Made by a program: the position numbers and the translations under genes
Source of the DNA: a virus
Taxonomy: Duplodnaviria; Caudoviricetes
Strand: one strand, 5' to 3'
Virus record (IMG/VR): IMGVR_UViG_3300035002_000018
Span: 1 to 47,489 of that record
Length of the DNA stretch: 47,489 nucleotides
Notes under the pieces: model-generated
Database searches by the model: none
What the model was told of the DNA's origin: nothing
Seen by the model: only the letters and a program-made list of their open reading frames with translations
Part shown: one piece after another, positions 9,109 through 15,866 of the stretch
Position numbering within the stretch: the stretch's first letter is position 1
Layout: each line of letters starts with the position of its first letter

Positions 9109-9717
9109 ATGTTATCAATAGAAGAAATATTAAAAGAGATTGAAATCAGGGACGAGCATCTTCCGCAAAAGAAAGAGACTTATTACAAGACACTGCTCAG
9201 CTTCAGGGATTACTACCAGGCTCATGAAAAGGAGATCATCATCCTTTCTAAAACACATCCTCACACCTGGTATGAATCGTACCCTATTGACTGGAGCACA
9301 GTACTGACGCCCATTGAAATGGAGATATGGGATATCATCCGGTCAACCGGAAGGATAGTAATGTATCCGCAGTATCCTGTTCTGAACTACTTCGTTGACT
9401 TTGCCAACCCGGGTAAAAAGATAATAGTTGAAGTGGATGGGAAGGATTATCACACCGACAAGGATAAAGACTATTTACGGGACCAGGAACTGTATAGTAA
9501 AGGCTGGAAGGTGTTCCGGATCAGTGGAGCAGAAGCATATAAGCAGGTAGAATATGATGAAGACGAAGAAGGTGATGATTACGTGGATTGGGTGAAAAAT
9601 ACAGGTGAGGGTATCATCTGGGCCATGCGGCAGATCTTCTTTGAAAACTACGATGGTCAACACCGTGGCCTTTACGAGACAACATTAAGTAATCACAGTT
9701 CTTTTTATAAGAGATAA
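9109..9717 (+). CDS. DUF559 / Vsr-like endonuclease
   Basis: TP.E..IW, QYPV..YFVDF, IVEVDG..YH, D..RD..L...GW.V.R. Confidence 0.85.
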   Translation: MLSIEEILKEIEIRDEHLPQKKETYYKTLLSFRDYYQAHEKEIIILSKTHPHTWYESYPIDWSTVLTPIEMEIWDIIRSTGRIVMYPQYPVLNYFVDFANPGKKIIVEVDGKDYHTDKDKDYLRDQELYSKGWKVFRISGAEAYKQVEYDEDEEGDDYVDWVKNTGEGIIWAMRQIFFENYDGQHRGLYETTLSNHSSFYKR

Positions 9718-9718
9718 G

Positions 9719-10630
9719 ATGGCAAGACCTGATAAAAAAGGGATAGACTACTACCCAAAGGATATTGATGCAGACCAGGACGATAAGCTCGGGATGATCA
9801 TTGGTGAATTCGGGGTAAAAGGCGAATTACTGTTCGATAAAGTATGCGGCTGGATATATAAACATGAAGGGTACTATATGAAGTGGGAGGAAGACGTACA
9901 ACTGAGGTTCTTGAGACGCTACGATTACTGTGGTTTCTCCTTGAGTTTCATAAATGAAGTTGTGCCGAGGTTCATTAAGTGGGGTTTGTTTGATAAAACC
10001 GTGTTTGATGAGTTTCAGATTCTCACAAGTAAAAGGATCCAAGAGACATGGATGGAAGCCAGTAGAAAGCGAACCGGCAGAAGATACATTAAAAAAGTAT
10101 GGCTTTTAGAGGTTTCTTCCGGCTTACAGGCGGAAGAAATGGACGAAAAGGCGGAAGAAACACCACAAAGTAAACTAAAGGAAACTAAAGGAAATGAAAT
10201 TAAAGAAAAGAGTAGAGCTAAAGCTCTTGTCGTTGCTGACGCAACTCCGGACAATGCCCAACAGGTTTTGAGAAGTGAATACACAGCGTTGGTAAAGCAG
10301 CTGACGGGCAACGATCTGAAAACGGTGATCACAGGCCTGAAGGAGTTTATCCACGATAAGAAGCCCCTATTCATTGAGCCCTACCAGGAATTCTGGAACC
10401 TGTTCGCAGGTAGTTACGGGCTGGCCAAAGTGGAAGTGCTCAGCGAAAGCCGTAAAAGAAAATTCAAGACCCGCATATCAGAACCCGGGTTTGATTTCCT
10501 AAAGATCCTGGAAAAGATAAAAGCCAGCCCCCTGCTTCGGGGAAAATCGGGCGACTGGAAAGTAAGCTTTGACTGGATACTGGAGAACGATAACAACTAT
10601 GCTAAAATCTTAAACGGGAATTACGATTAA
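9719..10630 (+). CDS. Phage replication initiator (DUF4373 N-terminus)
   Basis: MARP.KKGIDYYP.D; LTSKRIQ; C-terminal SFDWIL..NNY.KIL.GNY; directly upstream of dnaB. Confidence 0.85.
   Translation: MARPDKKGIDYYPKDIDADQDDKLGMIIGEFGVKGELLFDKVCGWIYKHEGYYMKWEEDVQLRFLRRYDYCGFSLSFINEVVPRFIKWGLFDKTVFDEFQILTSKRIQETWMEASRKRTGRRYIKKVWLLEVSSGLQAEEMDEKAEETPQSKLKETKGNEIKEKSRAKALVVADATPDNAQQVLRSEYTALVKQLTGNDLKTVITGLKEFIHDKKPLFIEPYQEFWNLFAGSYGLAKVEVLSESRKRKFKTRISEPGFDFLKILEKIKASPLLRGKSGDWKVSFDWILENDNNYAKILNGNYD
10113..10204 (+). repeat. Iteron-like repeats inside the initiator gene (putative origin)
   Basis: AGGCGGAAGAAA at 10128 and 10149, inverted TTTCTTCCG at 10113, AAACTAAAGG x2 at 10172/10182. Confidence 0.55.
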
Positions 10631-12126
10631 TGCAACCACAGAACCAAAATAAAGACCGGGCCGTAAGGAGGAAACCATCACTGGAGCTTTCCACCATGGT
10701 GTATGGTAAAGTGCCACCACAGGCAAAGGAGCTGGAAGAGGCTATCCTTGGCGGTATGATGCTGGAAAAGGGTGCGGTGGACCGGGCTATCGAATTCATT
10801 AAACCGGAAAGTTTTTACGTTGAAGCCCACCAGCTGATTTTTAAAGCCATACTGGACCTGCACGGTAAAGGATGGCCCATTGATATCCTGACAGTAACCG
10901 AACTGCTGAGGGAGAAAGGTGAACTGGAAATGGTCGGCGGTCCGTACTATGTAACGAAGCTCACCAATGCCGTTGTTTCTTCTGCGAACATCGAGTTTCA
11001 CAGCAAGATCATTGCTCAGTATCACATGAAACGGGAACTGATCAGGATTGGTGGGGAACTGATTGCTGGTGGTTACGAGGATATGACCGATGTGCAGGAC
11101 CTGCTGGACGAGCATGAGAAAAGTATGACGATGATCACCACACAGCGATCTGGTGACAACGTGCAGGGCATTGATGCCGGCCTGGTGAAGATGATCCAGC
11201 GGGTAGAAAGTCTTCGGATGAGTAAGAAGGATATTACCGGTGTTACCAGCGGCTTCCCATCACTTGACCGGATAACATACGGTTGGCAGAATACAGACCT
11301 GATCATCCTGGCAGCAAGACCGGCAGTAGGTAAAACCGCTTTTGCCTTGAACATTGCACGGAATGCAGCCAAAGCAGCAGAGCCGACACCAGTAGCTTTT
11401 TTCTCCCTTGAAATGAGTACAGAACAATTAGTGATGAGGATCGGTGCGGCCGAGAGTGAAATATGGCTTGAGAAAATTGCAAGAGGAAAGATGGAAGAGT
11501 TTGAAATGAAACAGCTGTATACAAAAGGTGTTCAAGCACTGGCCAAGGCCCCCATATTTATTGACGATACTCCCGCCCTGAACATTTTTGAACTCCGGGC
11601 CAAATGCCGCAGGCTGAAAAACAAACACGATATCGGACTGGTGATCATTGACTACCTGCAGTTGATGAGAGGTGTAAATGAATCGAGAGGAAACCGGGAG
11701 CAGGAGATCAGCCAGATATCGAGAAACCTGAAAGGCCTGGCCAAGGAATTGAACATTCCAATTATTGCACTGAGCCAGTTGAGTAGGAAAGTAGAAGACC
11801 GGAAGGGAGATAAAATGCCCCAGCTGAGTGACCTCCGGGAATCCGGCGCCATCGAACAGGATGCAGATATGGTAATGTTCATGTATCGCCCGGAATATTA
11901 TGATCAGAACTCCAATGAAATGGGAGAAAGCACCAAAGGACTCACATTAATAGACATCGCAAAACACAGGAACGGTGTATTGGCCAGGGGAAATGAAGCG
12001 GTGAAGCTGAGAGCCTTATTGCATATCCAAAAATTCGTGGAATGGCAGGATGATATCGTTACCTCATTAAAACCTATTGGTGGGAACTGGAGGCCGGTTG
12101 CACAAGACGACGACGAAGCTTTTTAA
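10630..12126 (+). CDS. dnaB: Replicative DNA helicase
   Basis: AARPAVGKT Walker A, FSLEM, IIDYLQL, SQLSR, LSDLRESGAIEQDAD, AKHRNG. Confidence 0.97.
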   Translation: MQPQNQNKDRAVRRKPSLELSTMVYGKVPPQAKELEEAILGGMMLEKGAVDRAIEFIKPESFYVEAHQLIFKAILDLHGKGWPIDILTVTELLREKGELEMVGGPYYVTKLTNAVVSSANIEFHSKIIAQYHMKRELIRIGGELIAGGYEDMTDVQDLLDEHEKSMTMITTQRSGDNVQGIDAGLVKMIQRVESLRMSKKDITGVTSGFPSLDRITYGWQNTDLIILAARPAVGKTAFALNIARNAAKAAEPTPVAFFSLEMSTEQLVMRIGAAESEIWLEKIARGKMEEFEMKQLYTKGVQALAKAPIFIDDTPALNIFELRAKCRRLKNKHDIGLVIIDYLQLMRGVNESRGNREQEISQISRNLKGLAKELNIPIIALSQLSRKVEDRKGDKMPQLSDLRESGAIEQDADMVMFMYRPEYYDQNSNEMGESTKGLTLIDIAKHRNGVLARGNEAVKLRALLHIQKFVEWQDDIVTSLKPIGGNWRPVAQDDDEAF

Positions 12127-12142
12127 ACCTAAAAATATAACG

Positions 12143-12343
12143 ATGAAAAAAGTAAAAGTGTATATCAAAAAGTCCAGGAACGGGCAGTTCTATTTTACAA
12201 TCCATGCAGCCAATGGTAAAAAGCTTTGCCATTCAGAAACCTATACCCGGAAAGACAGTTGCCGGGAGGGCTTTGTGGTGATGAGGTTGGGCCTCAACTG
12301 TCACGATCTTGAAGTAATTGATACAACAGAAAAAAAGAAATGA
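12143..12343 (+). CDS. DUF1508 (YegP-like) protein
   Basis: GQFYFTIHAANGKKLCHSETYTRKDSC motif. Confidence 0.8.
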   Translation: MKKVKVYIKKSRNGQFYFTIHAANGKKLCHSETYTRKDSCREGFVVMRLGLNCHDLEVIDTTEKKK

Positions 12344-12453
12344 GCTGGTCCGAAAAACATATTAAAGACTTGCAGTCCCGGCGAGTGGGTGAAGAAATTT
12401 CGGGTTTGAGTGCGAATCCCGATGGGGCCGCAAAGAAAGACACAGGAGTTTGA
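12340..12453 (+). pseudogene. Probable 5' stub of a phage gene (MSWSEKHIKDL...) fused to the cassette array
   Basis: ATGA-coupled start; after ~10 codons it runs into cassette leader sequence. Confidence 0.4.
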
Positions 12454-12506
12454 AAAACGGGTGGATTTCGTTCCCTAAGAACCCCAAAAAAGAACAAAGA
12501 GAAAAT

Positions 12507-13061
12507 ATGAACTTATTTGATTTAAATGTACATACGGTAAAAAATGGGCATGAAAAATTTGCTACTGACTTTCAGACAAAGCCTGAAGTTTGTAAGTATA
12601 TGGTATCTCTGTTACCAACAGGGGTAAGGACAGTATTAGAGCCAACACCGGGCATTGGGAATATTGTTGATGCCTTAGCTGGTTATGATGTAACAGCTCC
12701 AAAAGACTTTTTTTTATTGGATAAGAAAAGATTTGATGCAGTTGTAATGAACCCTCCATTTTCTTCTAAGTACGCAAATATGGAAAATGCGCCTGCAGGA
12801 ATAAATAAACACAGGATGAGGTTGGGGTACCATATACTTACTGAGTGTATGGAAATGTCTGATATCATAATTGCTTTAATGCCGTGGTTTACTATTTCTG
12901 ACAGCGATGTAAGGTTGAGATATTTAAAAAAATTTGGTTTAAAATCACTAACAGCCTTGCCAAGAAAAACATTTGAGTATGCAAGGATTCAGACTGTTGT
13001 GATAGAATTACAGAAAGGGTATAAGAGTAAAACGATTTTTGAAGTATATGACTGTCTCTAA
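12507..13061 (+). CDS. Small N6-adenine/N4-cytosine DNA methyltransferase (cassette 1 cargo)
   Basis: FQTKPEV, VLEPTPGIGN (SAM-binding), MNPPF catalytic motif. Confidence 0.85.
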   Translation: MNLFDLNVHTVKNGHEKFATDFQTKPEVCKYMVSLLPTGVRTVLEPTPGIGNIVDALAGYDVTAPKDFFLLDKKRFDAVVMNPPFSSKYANMENAPAGINKHRMRLGYHILTECMEMSDIIIALMPWFTISDSDVRLRYLKKFGLKSLTALPRKTFEYARIQTVVIELQKGYKSKTIFEVYDCL

Positions 13062-13099
13062 TCTCTTTGTTCTTTGGGGTTCTTAGGGATTGCGGTCCC

Positions 13100-13198
13100 A
13101 TCGGTCTCAGGCGTTTGCGCCGGACTGCGATAGATGCGAAGCAGATAGTAAAGCAGGACGGTGCAACTTTTGGGTTTGTCTGGCGCAAAAGCCATGTT
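13100..13198 (+). other. attC-like site 1 (ATC...GTT)
   Basis: Stem GGCGTTTGCGCCGGAC (13110-13125) / GTCTGGCGCAAAAGCC (13178-13193). Confidence 0.75.
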
Positions 13199-13240
13199 CA
13201 CGGCAGTGCCAGCTTTTAATGAAATTAAAAACTATAAGAT

Positions 13241-13504
13241 ATGAACATTAACAGGGAATTGCTAATGGATTTTTTTAAATATTACTGTGACACAACTGAT
13301 GACGAATATCTCGGTAGAGAAGAAGTCATTGTTGATGACTATATCCTATTTAAAAAATATCCATGTGGGATGCCAAACCCAAAAGAGCCTGAGACCGTTC
13401 ACGGCAATGAGGCGGAAAAAGTAGTTTGCAAATGTAATAACCCACATTTATATCAAGACGCTGGGTTTAATTGGAGATGTTCATTATGTGGCAACCCGTT
13501 TTAA
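13241..13504 (+). CDS. Hypothetical protein with C-terminal Zn-ribbon (cassette 2 cargo)
   Basis: CKC..PH...WRCSLCG. Confidence 0.7.
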   Translation: MNINRELLMDFFKYYCDTTDDEYLGREEVIVDDYILFKKYPCGMPNPKEPETVHGNEAEKVVCKCNNPHLYQDAGFNWRCSLCGNPF

Positions 13505-13561
13505 TTGCAAACGGTTTACGCCGTCCGCCGCTTTCCTGGCTGTTGCGGCGGCATTGCCGTG

Positions 13562-13681
13562 AACGGATAGGGCTTGCAGAAGTTGGGGCATTTCTGCAAT
13601 CGGTTCAGCCCATAGGTGCAGCTTGGATTTAGGTGAAGATGAGTTTTAGGGTCAAGCCCCAATTTTTGCAAACCCAATGTT
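13562..13681 (+). other. attC-like site 2 (AAC...GTT)
   Basis: Stem GGGCTTGCAGAAGTTGGGGC (13570-13589) / GCCCCAATTTTTGCAAACCC (13656-13675). Confidence 0.85.
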
Positions 13682-13802
13682 CTATGCAGTGCCATCATGC
13701 TACTTCCTGTCGCTGAATAGAATTAATAAAGCTGGGTGTATTTGTTTTTTGTGCTGCGGAGCTTCTTAAAAATGTATTTTCTAACAATTAAATAAAAATA
13801 AA

Positions 13803-14195
13803 ATGGCAAATGAAACAAGTAAACAAAGGTTAGCAAACCTTATTCAAAGTTATGAGCAGGTAGTTAAATCCGCTCAATCATTGTACGATGATGCTGAATT
13901 AAAAAGTTGGGCTATTGACCGCTCACTTGAAGCACAAGGAAAAATAACAGAAATAAAGAAAAAGCTGAAAGATACTTTTTCAATTGATTATGATGCTGAC
14001 ACTGCAAAAACAAAGGTAATAAAAGAAGGTAGCAGCGTTGAAGTTTTGGTTAATCACATGGACGGCATGAAAGGCTCGACAGCCACAATCAAAAGCTATT
14101 CATTGCCTGCTAATATTTCCGACATTACGATGAAGGACGGCATGAAAATGAATAACCATAAGTGGTTAACCAACGATGAGGTTAAACTAAAGTAA
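13803..14195 (+). CDS. DUF1541 (YdhK-like) domain protein (cassette 3 cargo)
   Basis: GSSVEVLVNHMDGMKGSTATI ... NHKWLTNDEV resembles the DUF1541 repeat. Confidence 0.7.
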   Translation: MANETSKQRLANLIQSYEQVVKSAQSLYDDAELKSWAIDRSLEAQGKITEIKKKLKDTFSIDYDADTAKTKVIKEGSSVEVLVNHMDGMKGSTATIKSYSLPANISDITMKDGMKMNNHKWLTNDEVKLK

Positions 14196-14220
14196 TTATT
14201 CACTTTTAAATTCAAAAAAA

Positions 14221-14292
14221 ATGGGAAAAATGAAACCTGGTATGCCAATGCCAAAACCGAAACCAAAGCCGAAACCAAAGCCGAAAAAGTAA
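14221..14292 (+). CDS. 23-aa Pro-Lys repeat micropeptide MGKMKPGMPMPKPKPKPKPKPKK
   Basis: A-rich leader; varied Pro/Lys codons; followed by a hairpin. Confidence 0.45.
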   Translation: MGKMKPGMPMPKPKPKPKPKPKK

Positions 14293-14298
14293 GGCTTT

Positions 14299-14333
14299 AA
14301 TGTAAGCCGGATGATTATTGTCTGGCTTACATT
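14299..14333 (+). terminator. Stem-loop (possible terminator) inside cassette 3
   Basis: AATGTAAGCCGGA / TCTGGCTTACATT. Confidence 0.5.
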
Positions 14334-14420
14334 TCATTAAAGAACGAAAAGTGTGGCGTTGGCAAAAAAACAAATACATGATATGTCGCTCAATAGAATT
14401 ACAGGTGCGGCATTGCATAG

Positions 14421-14524
14421 AACGGCCCGGAAATTGCCGAAGGCCGCCCCGTTCACTGCGAAGCAGAGAGTAAAGGGGAGGACTGAGGCCGAAACAAACT
14501 GGCGGCTTTTGGCAATTTTATGTA
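14421..14524 (+). other. attC-like site 3 (AAC...GTA)
   Basis: Stem AAATTGCCGAAGGCCGCC (14431-14448) / GGCGGCTTTTGGCAATTT (14501-14518). Confidence 0.8.
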
Positions 14525-14664
14525 GGCCGCCGTCCGGCTGGTGGGTAAGGGTTTGTTGAGTTTTCCGGGCCGTAGGGGCCGCCAAGTAACGCCGGGAGTT
14601 TGAAGAATGAAAACGGAGGAGTTACGTTCCTCGCAACCAAATTGTAAACATTAAAAGAAAAATT

Positions 14665-14976
14665 ATGTGCGAAGAAATCAAAAATGCAACACAAGCATTT
14701 AAACAGCATGACGCCTGTGATGAATGTGGTAAAAGAACAGACGGGTTAATGACCTGCACATATTCACATGATGGCAGCGAAACAAAACTGTGCCCAGATT
14801 GCATTGAGGGTAGCGGTTTTTGTTTACGATGCGGATATTATAGTGCAGGTATGAGCAGTTTTGATTTTTCCGATATGCCCGGATATTGCTCTGAGTGTAG
14901 GGATGAAATAAAGGCAGAAGAAGATGACGACCCTGATTTTGATGCCATATACAATCCGTGGGAATATCCGGATTAA
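14665..14976 (+). CDS. Cys-rich zinc-finger protein with acidic tail (cassette 4 cargo)
   Basis: Four CxxC motifs (CDEC, CPDC, CLRC, CSEC). Confidence 0.75.
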   Translation: MCEEIKNATQAFKQHDACDECGKRTDGLMTCTYSHDGSETKLCPDCIEGSGFCLRCGYYSAGMSSFDFSDMPGYCSECRDEIKAEEDDDPDFDAIYNPWEYPD

Positions 14977-15015
14977 TTTTTCTTGCTTCTATTTGGTTGC
15001 GAGGATGGCGGTCCC

Positions 15016-15328
15016 TACGAAAACGCATTTACGCCGTAGGGCGAATTGAAGATAAAATAAAAACATATTCTTATGCGCAGTCATATTCTATTGTTGAGAG
15101 ATAATTTAAAAGCTCAGTTAGAAAGAGCATATCAGGATGTTGAAAAATACGAATCAACCGAAGACCCTGATGGAGAAGTAGTTTACAACGAAGGTAAAGC
15201 GCAGGGCAAAGCCAATGCTCTTTCTAACGTTATTCAAAAGCTGAATTTTATTTTATCGGCAAATGAGTCCGAAGGCGGAGATAAAGATGGCAAGTAGTGA
15301 ATTGCCCTATGGCGTTAAATGCAGTGTT
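15016..15328 (+). other. attC-like site 4 (TAC...GTT) with a gene in its loop
   Basis: Stem GCATTTACGCCGTAGGGCGAATT (15025-15047) / AATTGCCCTATGGCGTTAAATGC (15300-15322). Confidence 0.75.
15073..15297 (+). CDS. 74-aa hypothetical protein (cassette 5 cargo)
   Basis: A-rich leader; ORF fills the hairpin loop. Confidence 0.65.
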   Translation: MRSHILLLRDNLKAQLERAYQDVEKYESTEDPDGEVVYNEGKAQGKANALSNVIQKLNFILSANESEGGDKDGK

Positions 15329-15473
15329 GTAGGCCGTCCCGACCTATCACGCCATACGCAGCCATCTTTATCAGCAGGGCAAATGCGTTTTCGTTGTCGG
15401 CCATTTTAGAGCCTGTGGACGCATTAGTCCGAGGTACGAGGACGGCGGACACTGCACGGGAGGGATGGCCGAC

Positions 15474-15658
15474 AACGGATTTCGCATTGCCGATGTTTGA
15501 GAGTAGTAAAAAATAAACAATATGAAAGATAATTTGATTCCACTTGTTACAGCTTCATTAATGGAGTGTGTAGTTATATTGATTCTTGTAATTGTTTATT
15601 TTTTACGAGAACGAAAACAGCGGTGAAAAAGACGGTCAAATAGCGGCAAAGCGATGAT
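15474..15658 (+). other. attC-like site 5 (AAC...GAT) with a small gene in its loop
   Basis: Stem GCATTGCCGATGTTTGA (15484-15500) / TCAAATAGCGGCAAAGC (15636-15652). Confidence 0.7.
15522..15626 (+). CDS. 34-aa single-TM peptide MKDNLIPLVTASLMECVVILILVIVYFLRERKQR (cassette 6 cargo)
   Basis: Read by hand; A-rich leader, hydrophobic core, basic C-terminus. Confidence 0.5.
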   Translation: MKDNLIPLVTASLMECVVILILVIVYFLRERKQR

Positions 15659-15825
15659 ATACGAAGTTTGCTGCCGCTGTGAACGACTCCGTCTTTTTCT
15701 TGCGAAATCCGATATACAAAATTTAGGTAGTGGGAGTTGCCCGGTCTAAAAAGTCGAAAATAGATAGACTTCCGGGCAACGAAGCTACCGTGTGTGATGG
15801 TCTTGTGCGGCAGCAAATTTTGTAT

Positions 15826-15866
15826 ATCATATACTTATGCGAACCATAGTTTAAAATCAACAACTT
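15826..15866 (-). other. Candidate attI-like primary insertion site next to the recombinase start
   Basis: Last core ATC (15826-15828) is followed by non-palindromic sequence, then the recombinase ATG 38 bp later. Confidence 0.55.

Larger units (their letters stand above)
12367..15828. mobile_element. Integron-like array of six hairpin-delimited gene cassettes (units ~12367-13102, 13103-13564, 13565-14423, 14424-15018, 15019-15476, 15477-15828)
   Basis: Each cassette body starts GWW and ends with the complementary WWC; bodies are separated by attC-like stems; adjacent tyrosine recombinase. Confidence 0.85.

Noticed and set aside
12370-13130. Pairing of ttgcagtcccggcg (12370) with cgccggactgcga (13118) as an outer inverted repeat
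   Set aside because: 13110-13125 is better explained as the arm of hairpin site 1, and 12370-12379 as the partner of the cassette end; probably an alternative or chance pairing.
14337-14585. ORFs 14353..14559 (+), 14337..14585 (-), also 13516..13698, 15319..15516, 15574..15816
   Set aside because: They run across GC-rich hairpin sites, lack A-rich leaders and show no recognisable motifs.
12367-15828. CRISPR array, MITEs/IS elements or invertible shufflon
   Set aside because: No identical periodic direct repeats, no transposase or target-site duplications seen, and all cargo is co-oriented; repeats are unit-specific and strand-biased.
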